From an uncultured delta proteobacterium (GTDB lineage: Bacteria; Desulfobacterota; Binatia; Binatales; Binataceae), in assembly GCA_963724765.1 (NCBI GenBank), contig CAVRVY010000001.1:960001-1024000 (forward strand): 64,000 nucleotides of DNA, written 5' to 3'. How positions within the stretch are numbered: position 1 is the first letter of the stretch; the number at the start of each line of letters is the position of its first letter. Below the pieces are notes generated by a model. It was not told where the DNA came from. It saw nothing but the letters and a program-made list of their open reading frames with translations, and ran no database searches. The translations under genes were made by a program, and so were the position numbers. Below are positions 47,905 to 57,332 of the stretch, in pieces.

Positions 47905-48306
47905 ATGGATTCACTGCGTAACACGGGGGCGCTGCTCGGTCGCATCATGCTGGCGTATATCTTTGTCGCCGCGGGAATCGGAAAAATCTCAGGACCCTCG
48001 GGCACCATGCACTACATGGCGAGTGCGGGACTGCCGCATTCGCTGGTTCCCGAGCTTTTCGTGCTCTCGCTAATCGTCGAACTACTGGGCGGCCTGATGT
48101 TGATATTTGGATGGCACGCCGAACTGGCGGCACTGATCATGTTCCTGTGGATGATTCCGGTCACGTTGATTTTTCACATTTCGACTGGACAGACCATCCA
48201 GTGGGAGAAGAATCTCGCCATCATGAGCGGATTACTGATGGTCGCGGCGCTTGGACCCGGCGGATTCAGCCTCGACGGCGGGCGTGGCGGACGCCGCACC
48301 GCCTGA
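47905..48306 (+). CDS. DoxX family membrane protein
   Basis: LLGRIMLAYIF...GKI, ELLGGL, KNLAIMSGLL, GPGGFSLD. Confidence 0.88.
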   Translation: MDSLRNTGALLGRIMLAYIFVAAGIGKISGPSGTMHYMASAGLPHSLVPELFVLSLIVELLGGLMLIFGWHAELAALIMFLWMIPVTLIFHISTGQTIQWEKNLAIMSGLLMVAALGPGGFSLDGGRGGRRTA

Positions 48307-48416
48307 CTGGCGGCGTAGGCCGCGAGAACGAAAATAAAGCGAGCGCGATGCGGAGCTGGCCGATACCGACCAGACGCCGCATCGCGCTCGCGCAAATCGT
48401 GAGCGCCTGCTGTCTG

Positions 48417-48749
48417 TTACTGATGCGCGTTCTCGCCCAGGGCCGTTTTCACCAGCGTCCGCAGTTCGCCGCTTGAGTGCAACTCGCGCACGATGTCGCA
48501 TCCGCCGACGAACTTGCCGTTGATGAACACCTGCGGGATGGTAGGCCAGTTGCTGTAAGTTTTAACCGCGTCGCGCACTTCCTGGTCGGCGAGCACGTCG
48601 ACCGTGGAGTAGGGCGCGCCCAGCTCTTCGAAAACCTCTACCGTCGCGGCCGAGAACCCGCATTGAGGAAAGTTGCGGTTGCCCTTCATGAAAATGACGA
48701 TCTTGTCGCTGTTAATCGCCGTACGGATTCGCTCGATTGGATCGGCCAT
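48417..48749 (-). CDS. grxD: Monothiol glutaredoxin Grx4
   Basis: FMKG, PQCGFS, WPTIPQ, GGCDI. Confidence 0.95.
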   Translation of the reverse strand: MADPIERIRTAINSDKIVIFMKGNRNFPQCGFSAATVEVFEELGAPYSTVDVLADQEVRDAVKTYSNWPTIPQVFINGKFVGGCDIVRELHSSGELRTLVKTALGENAHQ

Positions 48750-48757
48750 CTGAACTC

Positions 48758-49006
48758 TCACCTCCGGTTCTGATACTGATTCGGGGTCATCACTTTGAGC
48801 GTCAGCGCGTGGATGCGGGCCTTCATGGCGTCGCCCAACGCGCCGTAGACCGCCTGATGGCGTTCGACCAGGCCCTTGCCCTCGAAACTTTCGCTGACCA
48901 CCAGCGCTTCGAAATGATCGCCGCCGCCGGTGAAGTCGCGCACCTCGACCAGGGCGCCCGGCAACCCGCGCTCGATTATTTCCTTGATCTCCTGCGCTTC
49001 CATCAA
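48758..49006 (-). CDS. bolA: BolA family protein
   Basis: GGGDHF, VVSESFEG, RHQAVY, IHAL; adjacent to grxD. Confidence 0.92.
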   Translation of the reverse strand: MMEAQEIKEIIERGLPGALVEVRDFTGGGDHFEALVVSESFEGKGLVERHQAVYGALGDAMKARIHALTLKVMTPNQYQNRR

Positions 49007-49145
49007 TCCCTCATCTTAGCGCGCGGCGCCTGGCGAATTCCACCGGGCGGCCGGCGCTCTACGGCGTCATGTGTGATCGCAATCTTGCCGAAATGGCGGG
49101 CGTTTTCAAGCTGTCAGCGAGTGGCGCGCATGCTCGCGCGGATTT

Positions 49146-50108
49146 TCATTCGCGCTTTTCCGATGCGCGCTTTCCCGTTTGCCCGACGGCGACACTCTCC
49201 GGCGTTTCGGCGGCGGCGCCATCAAGCGAAGTTTGCGCCACCGGCATGACTTCGTCGAAGCGCGAATAGTCGATCCAAAAACTGCCATCGGGCAGTTCCT
49301 GCAAGACGTCCGCGAAGCGCATGCCCCAGGCAATCTCGTCCGCGGTCCACACGTAGCGCACATGAACGTTCTGCAGAAATGATTCGTCCATCCCCACCAG
49401 CGAGGCGATGACCATGCTGCGTGAGGCCTTGAGCGACGCGGCAGTCTCGCCCAGGAGCGGGCTGCCTTCGACGATGGGATGGGTCACGGTCCAGCTCAGC
49501 GAGAACAATGCGTTGCGGCCGCGCGAGAGGGCGAGGTCGTAGAAGCGGCGCATGCTGTCGCCCTCGCGCGTCGTCTCCCAGCGCGACAGTACAACGTGGA
49601 TCTGCGCCTCGACGATGCGGTTGGAGCGCTGATTGACCGCCCGAAACATCAACGACGGGACCCCGTCGCGGGGCGAGATCACCACGAGCCGGCTGAAGCG
49701 CACGCGCGCGGTCGGCCGCGAGAAGCGTGCGAAGACCAGCCCGGTCACGACCGCGAGCGCAATCAGTCCGCTCATGGCCTCGATGCTCACCAGCACGTTG
49801 GAACCGAACGATCGCGGCGCCATCGTGCCGTACCCGATCGTCGCCATCGTCTGCACGCTGAAGAAGAAGGCGTCGGCGAACGAGCCTGGGCGGGCGTTGG
49901 AGACGCCGCCGTCGATCATGTAGCCAATCGCGAACAGGCAATTGATGAATCCGAATACCCCCACGATGATGGCCAGCAGCGCCGGCCATGAAACCGTGGT
50001 CAGGTAAAAGTAGAGGTCGCTTACCGGGGGATGCGCCGGTCCGCCTGACGTCACCCGGCCGATCGTGTCGCGGGCCTTGCCGTCTAGCTTGTTTCTAGTT
50101 GAATCCAT
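49146..50108 (-). CDS. Inward-rectifier K+ channel (KirBac)
   Basis: FFFSVQTMATIGYG filter, FARFSRP, SWTVTHPIVEGSPL. Confidence 0.92.
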   Translation of the reverse strand: MDSTRNKLDGKARDTIGRVTSGGPAHPPVSDLYFYLTTVSWPALLAIIVGVFGFINCLFAIGYMIDGGVSNARPGSFADAFFFSVQTMATIGYGTMAPRSFGSNVLVSIEAMSGLIALAVVTGLVFARFSRPTARVRFSRLVVISPRDGVPSLMFRAVNQRSNRIVEAQIHVVLSRWETTREGDSMRRFYDLALSRGRNALFSLSWTVTHPIVEGSPLLGETAASLKASRSMVIASLVGMDESFLQNVHVRYVWTADEIAWGMRFADVLQELPDGSFWIDYSRFDEVMPVAQTSLDGAAAETPESVAVGQTGKRASEKRE

Positions 50109-50228
50109 GCTCAAGCAAATATCTGTCGGTTAGCGGCCCTATTATGCAAGCGATATGGCTTCGCGATAGGAATTCAGGGGGGAAAGGCGCAAGTTGCATG
50201 TAGTCTCTATTGAGACTACAGTGTCTTT

Positions 50229-50528
50229 GTGGCGAAACGCAAAGCGCTTTTCGCGCCCGATGCGGTCAGGCAATTCAAACAGCTCGGCGCGGCCGAGCGG
50301 TCACGACTCAAAGAAGCGATCAAGGCGTCGCTTGTCGATGATGATGCTACGATCGTCAGCAAGAATCGCTTTCCACTCCGGCGACCCTCCGAGCGCGCCA
50401 GCCTTGAGTTTCGGGTGGGAGAGCTTCGGGTCTTCTATACGGTGGTCGACAATGAAATCAGAATAACTCTCATCGGTCGCAAGAAAGGCAATCAACTTCT
50501 CATCGATGGCAAGAAGTTCACACTGTGA
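50229..50528 (+). CDS. RelE/ParE family toxin
   Basis: FRVGELRVFYTV, IGRKKGN. Confidence 0.75.
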   Translation: MAKRKALFAPDAVRQFKQLGAAERSRLKEAIKASLVDDDATIVSKNRFPLRRPSERASLEFRVGELRVFYTVVDNEIRITLIGRKKGNQLLIDGKKFTL

Positions 50529-50538
50529 GGTTTACACT

Positions 50539-50784
50539 GTGAAAATCGAGAACGTCCGCGAGGTCAAGGCGCGGCTCAACCGGCTAATCAGCGAGCTCCC
50601 GAAAACTGGATCGGTCGTGATAACGAAGAATGGCAAAGCGTGTGCCGCGTTGATGCCGATTACAGAGGACACTGACCTGGAGATCCTTGCCTTGTCCCAG
50701 AACAGGCGCTTCTGGAGCATTTTCGACGCAGCCTATGAGCGCGCTGAAAAGGAAGGTTGGGTCGAACTGGAAGATCTGGATTGA
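50539..50784 (+). CDS. Phd/YefM family antitoxin
   Basis: VREVKARLNRLI, VVITKNGKACAALMP. Confidence 0.85.
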   Translation: MKIENVREVKARLNRLISELPKTGSVVITKNGKACAALMPITEDTDLEILALSQNRRFWSIFDAAYERAEKEGWVELEDLD

Positions 50785-50805
50785 CGTGCGTACGACGCGG
50801 CTGCT

Positions 50806-51942
50806 TCAAATCTGTTCCACCACTGTTGCGATGCCCTGGCCGATCCCGATGCACATCGTCACGAGCCCCAGACGCGCGCCGCGCCGGCGCATCTCGTGCG
50901 CCAGCGTCACCATCAGCCGCGCCCCCGAGCATCCCAGCGGATGCCCCAGCGCGACCGCGCCGCCGTTGACGTTGAGCCGGTTCTCGTCGATCGCGAGGTC
51001 GGTGTTGCAGGCTAGCACCTGCGCCGCGAACGCCTCGTTGATTTCTACCAGGTCGATATCGCCCATCTTGAGCGCCGCGCGGCCGAGCACCTTGTGCGTC
51101 GCCGGCACGGGACCCCATCCCATGATTTCCGGCCTCACGCCGGCGACGGCAGTCGCGCGAATCCGCGCCATCGGCTTAAGCCCAAGCGCGCGCGCCCGCT
51201 CGGCGCTCATCATCAGCACGGCGGCCGCGCCGTCGCATACCTGCGAGGAGTTACCAGCGGTGACCTGGCCGCCGTCGGGTTTGAATGAAGGCTTCAGCGC
51301 CGCGAGCCGCTCCATGCTGGTGTCCGAGCGCGGCCCCTGGTCAATGTCGACCAGCCCGCTCGCCAGGCGCACCGGCACGATCTCTTCCTTGAAGCGTTCG
51401 CGCGCCGCGATCGCGCGCTGATGCGACCGCAGCGAGAACGCGTCGGCCTGCTCGCGCGTAATTCCGTACATCGCGGCCAGCCGCTCCGCCGTCAGCCCCA
51501 TCACGAACATATCCTGCGGAAACAGGTCGAGCAGCTTGGGATTGGGCAGCAGCCCGGAGCCCATCGGCACGTGGCTCATCTGCTCGACGCCGCCCGCGAT
51601 CATGACCTCGCCGGCGCCGGTCATTATTTCGTAGGCGGCAAAGTTGACCGCCTGCAGGCCCGATCCGCATTGGCGGTCGACCGTGGTGCCCGCGACCTCG
51701 ACCGGCAGCCCCGCCAGCAGCGCGATCATGCGACCGATGTTCAGCCCCTGCTCGCCCGACTGGTTGGCGCATCCCCAGACCACGTCCTCGATTTCCGCCG
51801 GGTCGAGCTTGCGATTGCGCTCGAGCAGGCGGCGCACGCACATCACTGCTAGGTCGTCGGCGCGGATGTCTTTGTAATAGCCGTCCTTGTTGGAGCGGCC
51901 GATTGGCGTGCGAATTCCGTCAACGATTACCACGTCGTGCAT
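50806..51942 (-). CDS. Acetyl-CoA C-acyltransferase (thiolase)
   Basis: RTPIG, RQCGSG, NEAFAAQ, GHPLG, MCIGIGQG. Confidence 0.95.
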   Translation of the reverse strand: MHDVVIVDGIRTPIGRSNKDGYYKDIRADDLAVMCVRRLLERNRKLDPAEIEDVVWGCANQSGEQGLNIGRMIALLAGLPVEVAGTTVDRQCGSGLQAVNFAAYEIMTGAGEVMIAGGVEQMSHVPMGSGLLPNPKLLDLFPQDMFVMGLTAERLAAMYGITREQADAFSLRSHQRAIAARERFKEEIVPVRLASGLVDIDQGPRSDTSMERLAALKPSFKPDGGQVTAGNSSQVCDGAAAVLMMSAERARALGLKPMARIRATAVAGVRPEIMGWGPVPATHKVLGRAALKMGDIDLVEINEAFAAQVLACNTDLAIDENRLNVNGGAVALGHPLGCSGARLMVTLAHEMRRRGARLGLVTMCIGIGQGIATVVEQI

Positions 51943-52091
51943 GCTTTGCGCCTCCGGGGCAAAAATCGGGCATAGTTGACATCGAGCCGAGCGGCGGTCC
52001 ATGAGTCTAACATGCGTCGAGGCGTGCCCGGCAGAGGTTCCACAGGCGAGGCCGGCGCCGTGCCGCGGGCGCAAACGGCGGGCGAGGGTAG

Positions 52092-53288
52092 GTGACTATG
52101 GCCGCTAGCGAACGAAGCTCCAGTGCGATTTCGGCCAGCCGGCAGTACGCCCCTTACGTCGAGGCGGACTGGGGTTTCAAGAACACGTGGTACCCGGCGC
52201 TCTTCAGCCACGAGCTGGGCGAAAATAGCGTCAAGGGCGTCACGATGGCCGGCCACGACATCGCGCTGCGCCGCTCGGGCGGCAAAGTCTTCGCCTTGCG
52301 CGACCGCTGCGCCCATCGCGGAGTCAAAATGTCGCTGCGCCCGATGTGCCTGACCGCCGAGACGCTGAGCTGCTGGTACCACGGCTTCACCTACGGGCTG
52401 GACGACGGCGTGCTGAAGACCATCGTCGCCTCACCCAACGACCCGCTGATCGGCAAGGTGCGCATCCGCACTTACCCGGTGATGGAACGCGCGGGAATAA
52501 TCTTCGTCTTCGTCGGCGACGAGGATTTCGCGCCGCTGCCGCCGCTGGAAGCCGACCTGCCGATTCGGATCACTGACGACGCCAACGCCGTCGCGCACAT
52601 CCTCGATGAGAAGGTTTACGTCCGCGGTATCCATCGCACCGGCAATTCCAACTGGCGTCTGGCGGCCGAGAACGGCTTCGACCCGGGCCATCTTTTGATC
52701 CATTGGGACAATCAGATCGTCGCAGCGACTGACCGCAAGCTCGGCCTCGGCGTCGAGCCGATCGGCGAGGAGGCGATCAAGATCATCGACGAGCCCGACG
52801 GCCCCAAGGGAATAATGAACATGTACAACACGCGCGCGTACAAGTTCATCATGGAAAACAAGGCGGTGAACATGCGCGCGCGCGGCAAAAATTCCTACTA
52901 CGCGCGCACCTCGATGGTCCTGCCGGGCATCCTGCTGGTCGAGCATTGGCCAAGCCCGGGATGGGCGCAGTACGAATGGTATGTGCCGACCGACGACAAG
53001 CATCACGAGTACTGGGAAATCCTGGTCGGCCGCTGCCGCAACGAAGACGAGCGGCGCGAGGCGGATTACCTGTACGATAATTTTTTCGAGCCGCTGGCGT
53101 TGCGCGACTTCAACGACAACGACTTGTTCGCGCGCGAGGCGACGCAGGACTTCTACGAGCGAGGCGACGGATGGAACCGCGAGTCGCTGTGTGCCTTCGA
53201 CGCCGCCACCATCACCTGGCGCAAGGTCGCGGCCCGCTTCAACCGCGGCATCCAGGAGCCGCCCGAATCGAGCAACGCGTCGCACTGA
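52092..53288 (+). CDS. Rieske non-heme iron oxygenase, OxoO/CarAa-like
   Basis: WGFKNTWYPALFSHEL, CAHRG...CWYHG Rieske ligands, ENGFDPGH...H, YEWYVP, FNDND. Confidence 0.85.
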   Translation: MTMAASERSSSAISASRQYAPYVEADWGFKNTWYPALFSHELGENSVKGVTMAGHDIALRRSGGKVFALRDRCAHRGVKMSLRPMCLTAETLSCWYHGFTYGLDDGVLKTIVASPNDPLIGKVRIRTYPVMERAGIIFVFVGDEDFAPLPPLEADLPIRITDDANAVAHILDEKVYVRGIHRTGNSNWRLAAENGFDPGHLLIHWDNQIVAATDRKLGLGVEPIGEEAIKIIDEPDGPKGIMNMYNTRAYKFIMENKAVNMRARGKNSYYARTSMVLPGILLVEHWPSPGWAQYEWYVPTDDKHHEYWEILVGRCRNEDERREADYLYDNFFEPLALRDFNDNDLFAREATQDFYERGDGWNRESLCAFDAATITWRKVAARFNRGIQEPPESSNASH

Positions 53289-53332
53289 GAGCGATAACGC
53301 CGACATCCGACGCATCCTATCATCCCGCATCG

Positions 53333-54388
53333 ATGCCCACTGAAGCCATCTCCACGCCGCCCGCCGCCGCAAACGCTCAGCGCGTGACGCTGCGCTTCGA
53401 GGACGGCGTCGAAAAGGAGATCGAAGCGGGCGCGGATGAATTCGTGCTCGACGCGGCGCTGCGCCAGGGTGTGCCGCTGGTCTACCAGTGCCGCTCCGGA
53501 AGCTGTTCGACCTGCGTTGGACAGATGGTGAGCGGGACGCTCGAGATGGTGCGCGATCGGGCGCTCTCGCTTATCGCATCGGAAATCGCCGAGGGCAAGC
53601 GCCTGCTCTGCAGTTCGCACGCGCTTGCGCCGAGCGTGGTGCGGCTGCATTACCCGAGCGCGCTGATTTACGCGGAAGAGCGCCGCAATTTCGAGGCGAG
53701 CGTGGCGGGCGTCGAATGGCCGGCGCCCTCGGTCGCGAAACTTGAAATCAAACTCGACCGCCGCGCCGGGGTTTCGTTCCACGCCGGGCAGTACGTGCGA
53801 ATCAAGGTGCCCGGCACCGAGGAGTGGCGCTCGTACTCGATGTGCTCGACGCCGCGCGATCTGCCGAAGATGGAATTCCTGGTGCGGATCATCCCGGGCG
53901 GCGTGATGTCGGAATATCTGCGAGCGGCGCGCGAGGGCGAGGGTCTCGAAGTCGAGGGGCCGCTCGGCGCATTCATCCTGCATCCGGGCAAAAGGTTGCA
54001 CGTTTTCGTCGCCGGCGGCACCGGGCTCGCGCCGATTCTCGCGATGATCGATGAGATTCGGCGCGCGAGCGGCCCGAAACCGAAAATGCTGCTGAGCTTC
54101 GGATGCGCGAGTGACAAGACGTTCTTCTATCGCGACGAAATTGAGCTGCGTCAATGGTGGATTCCACAATTAAGCGTGCGTCTCTCGGCCGATCGCGTCG
54201 AGGACCCGGCTTCGGGGCTCATCCAGGGGACGCCAGTCGATGCGCTTGGCGCGGAGGCGATCAACGATCCCGAGGCAGCGGCGTATTTGTGCGGTCCGCC
54301 ACCGATGATCGAAGCGGCGCGCCGGCGCCTGGCGGAATTGGGCGTGCGCCCCGAGCGAATCTATGCCGAACGCTTTGTCGCGAGTTGA
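53333..54388 (+). CDS. Oxygenase reductase (2Fe-2S/FAD/NADH)
   Basis: CRSGSCSTC, RSYS, GGVMS, AGGTGLAP, YLCGPPPM, ERF. Confidence 0.92.
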   Translation: MPTEAISTPPAAANAQRVTLRFEDGVEKEIEAGADEFVLDAALRQGVPLVYQCRSGSCSTCVGQMVSGTLEMVRDRALSLIASEIAEGKRLLCSSHALAPSVVRLHYPSALIYAEERRNFEASVAGVEWPAPSVAKLEIKLDRRAGVSFHAGQYVRIKVPGTEEWRSYSMCSTPRDLPKMEFLVRIIPGGVMSEYLRAAREGEGLEVEGPLGAFILHPGKRLHVFVAGGTGLAPILAMIDEIRRASGPKPKMLLSFGCASDKTFFYRDEIELRQWWIPQLSVRLSADRVEDPASGLIQGTPVDALGAEAINDPEAAAYLCGPPPMIEAARRRLAELGVRPERIYAERFVAS

Positions 54389-54442
54389 GCGACGCGCATA
54401 ATTGTCCGAATCGCGCCGGGCGCGTCAACCCTAAGCAGGAAC

Positions 54443-55951
54443 ATGCTGATGGCCAGCACGCACGCAGTCGTAATCGGTGGAAGTTTTTCGGGCCTGTTCG
54501 CGGGCCGCGTGCTGAGCGACTTCTTCGATCGCGTCACGGTGCTCGACCGCGACAGCTTTCCCAAAGGCGTCGAGGACCGCGCCGGTGTCCCGCAGGCGCG
54601 TCACGTGCACGGTCTGCTGGTGCGCGGACTTTGGGAGTACGAGCGCGCGTTTCCCGGCTTCGAGCGACTGGCGGTCGAGAAGGGCGCGACCTTTCACGAC
54701 CATACCTGGGATTTCGTCGTGCTGCGGCCGCAGGGATGGCAGCCGCGGTACCGCTCCGATCTTAAATTTCTGAGCGCGAGCCGCGAGCTTATCGAATCAT
54801 GTGTGCGCGATCTTTTCCGCAAGCTGCCCAAGGTCGAACTGCGGGAGCGCGTCGCGGTGACCGGGCTTAAAGTTACGCGCGAGGGCGGCAGGCCGCGATG
54901 CCTCGGCGTGACGGTTCCGGCGGGCGAAAGCGCCAAGGCCGCGATCATCAAAGACGGCAACACCGCGGTCATCGAAGGCGGCAAAGCCGCAGTCATCGAG
55001 GCCGATCTGATCGTCGACGCGAGCGGCGCGGTCTCGCGCGCGCCGGCCTGGCTCGAGGCGGCCGGACTCAAGCCGCCGCGCGAGAGCGTGGTCGATCCGC
55101 TGGCGGGCTATTCCTCGCGATGGTTCAAAGGGCCGCCGCCCGGCCAGTGGCCCGAGCAATGGTGGTGGGGGGCGGGTGCTTACATCCGCCGGCGCCCCGA
55201 CGATTTGACCGAGGCCAACTTTCAGCTCAAGGAGCACAATCGCTGGCATCTCACGCTTTCCGGCTTCAATCGCCGCTATCCGCCGACCCACGAGGCCGAG
55301 TTCATGGAGTCGCTCAAGCGGATGCGCTCGCCGATCATCGACGAGATGACGCGGCTGATGGAGCCAATCTCACCGGTGTACGCCAACCGCGCGATGCGCA
55401 ATCACTGGCGTCACTACGAGCGCTGGAACGAGCGCCTGGACGGCTTCATCGCGATCGGCGACGCGTTCTGCCACTACAACCCGGTGTACGCGCAGGGGAT
55501 GACGGCGCTGGCGCTCTCGGCCACGATGCTGCGCGCATGCCTGGAGAAGTATGGGCCCGCGGCGCCGGAGTTACCGCGCGAATTTTTTGACGCCGAGGCG
55601 CGAATCCAGCACGACCCGTGGAAATTATCGGCCGGGGTGGACCTGCGCTTTCCGTTCACGCTCGGGGAGCGGCCGTTCTCGATGAAGTTATTCAACCTCT
55701 ATCTCGACGGCGTGGGATTGGCGGCGAAGGATCCGATCGTCCGCCGGCGCCTGGTCGAAGTTGCCCAGCTCATCCGCCCGCTCTCCGATCTTTTCGCGCC
55801 GGCCGTGGCAGGGCGCGTGGGCGTAGCAGCCGCGGCCAACGCGCTTCGCGCGCTGGCCGGATTTGTCGCGCGGCCCGAGCCGATCGCGATCTCACCGATG
55901 CCGCCAATGTTACCCGCGGCGGCGCCCGGCGGCGAAGCGGCGGTCGCCTAA
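54443..55951 (+). CDS. FAD-dependent oxidoreductase/monooxygenase
   Basis: VIGGSFSG, GVPQARHVH, VDASG, GDAFCHYNPVYAQGMT. Confidence 0.88.
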   Translation: MLMASTHAVVIGGSFSGLFAGRVLSDFFDRVTVLDRDSFPKGVEDRAGVPQARHVHGLLVRGLWEYERAFPGFERLAVEKGATFHDHTWDFVVLRPQGWQPRYRSDLKFLSASRELIESCVRDLFRKLPKVELRERVAVTGLKVTREGGRPRCLGVTVPAGESAKAAIIKDGNTAVIEGGKAAVIEADLIVDASGAVSRAPAWLEAAGLKPPRESVVDPLAGYSSRWFKGPPPGQWPEQWWWGAGAYIRRRPDDLTEANFQLKEHNRWHLTLSGFNRRYPPTHEAEFMESLKRMRSPIIDEMTRLMEPISPVYANRAMRNHWRHYERWNERLDGFIAIGDAFCHYNPVYAQGMTALALSATMLRACLEKYGPAAPELPREFFDAEARIQHDPWKLSAGVDLRFPFTLGERPFSMKLFNLYLDGVGLAAKDPIVRRRLVEVAQLIRPLSDLFAPAVAGRVGVAAAANALRALAGFVARPEPIAISPMPPMLPAAAPGGEAAVA

Positions 55952-55965
55952 GGCGGAGGTGCACG

Positions 55966-57303
55966 ATGGCCAGTGAGACGCGGCAAGTTGCGGCCGGGCC
56001 CGAACAGGAACGATGGTACGCCGAGGCGTGCGCGCGCCTGGATCCCGCGCGGTTGAAGCGCCTGCTGCTCGGCCTGGTCGATATCCCCAGTCCGACCGGC
56101 GCCGAACGCGCCGCGAGCGAGTTTATCGCCGCCTGCATGCGCGAGCGTATCGACGGTGCGCGCGCCTTTTATCAACCGATCAATGAGGAGACCGGCAACG
56201 CGGTCGGCGAACTGCGCGGCAGTGGCGGCGGCGCGGCGCTGATGCTCTATGCGCCGCTCGATACCAACCTCGAAGGCGATCCCGACAAGGACCTTCCGTG
56301 GGCCGGCTCCACGATGCGCCGCGACATGATCCCGCGCGCCGTGGCGGACGGCGATTTCGTCTTTGGCCTGGGCGCAGCGAATCCCAAGTGCATGGTCGCG
56401 ACGCTGGTGGAGGTCGCTACCGCGCTCGGCGAGGCGCGCGTGCCGATCCGCGGCGATCTGATCGCGGCATTCGCTGGTGGTGGGATGCCGGTCAACGTCG
56501 CGGCGCGGAGCAACTGGGGGATGAGCAGCGGGCTGTATCACCTGCTCTCGCGCGGTGTGGCGCCGGACTTCGCAATCATCATGAAGCCGGTGTGGCGAGT
56601 GTTCGCCGAGGAGCCCGGGATGTGCTGGTTCAAGGTGACAGTGCGGGGCACGCTGGGCTACGCGGGAACGCCGCGCGGCACACCGGGCTTCCAGAGCTCG
56701 ATCGTTCCCGGCGCACGCATAATCGAGGAGCTCGAAGCATGGATCGCACAATACACCGCGCGCAACAGCTCCGCGGCGATCGCGGCCGAAGGCCATATCG
56801 CGGCCGTGCGCGCCGGATGGCCGGAGCGGCCGGCCTTTCCCTCAGCGGCGACGGAAATCTATCTCGACCTAAGGTGTAATCCGCGCACCACGCCGGCCGA
56901 AGTGCGCGCGCAGTTCGCCGAGGCCGTGGGCGCGATCGCGGCGCGCCATCCCGAGGTCGGCGTGGAGTGGGAGATGGTCGGAGCGGTCGCGGGCGGCGCC
57001 ACCGATCCGGACAATTGGATCGTTCAATCGTGCCGGCGCGGATGGGAGCGCGTCGCGGGACGCCCGCACGGCGATCCGCCGCGCCTGGGCGGCCAGACCG
57101 ACGGCGCCCTGATCCGCCGGATGGGAATTCCGTGCGCACGAATCGGCTTTCCTGCGCCGCCACGCAACTGTCCGCCGGAGTACCGTCAGGGGCTCGGCGG
57201 GATGGGGGTTGCGTATGTGCCCGACCTGGTCAGGACCGCGCACGCGATCATGTATGCGGTGGTTGACACGCTGACGCGCTCGCGCGCGGAACTCGGGCTG
57301 TAA
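55966..57303 (+). CDS. M20/ArgE-fold protein with substituted metal ligands
   Basis: LVDIPSPTGAE, NAVGELRG, TDG motifs give the M20 layout; GGAGG RBS. Confidence 0.75.
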   Translation: MASETRQVAAGPEQERWYAEACARLDPARLKRLLLGLVDIPSPTGAERAASEFIAACMRERIDGARAFYQPINEETGNAVGELRGSGGGAALMLYAPLDTNLEGDPDKDLPWAGSTMRRDMIPRAVADGDFVFGLGAANPKCMVATLVEVATALGEARVPIRGDLIAAFAGGGMPVNVAARSNWGMSSGLYHLLSRGVAPDFAIIMKPVWRVFAEEPGMCWFKVTVRGTLGYAGTPRGTPGFQSSIVPGARIIEELEAWIAQYTARNSSAAIAAEGHIAAVRAGWPERPAFPSAATEIYLDLRCNPRTTPAEVRAQFAEAVGAIAARHPEVGVEWEMVGAVAGGATDPDNWIVQSCRRGWERVAGRPHGDPPRLGGQTDGALIRRMGIPCARIGFPAPPRNCPPEYRQGLGGMGVAYVPDLVRTAHAIMYAVVDTLTRSRAELGL

Positions 57304-57332
57304 CGCGCGAGCAGTAACGGCGAGCCGGTCGA

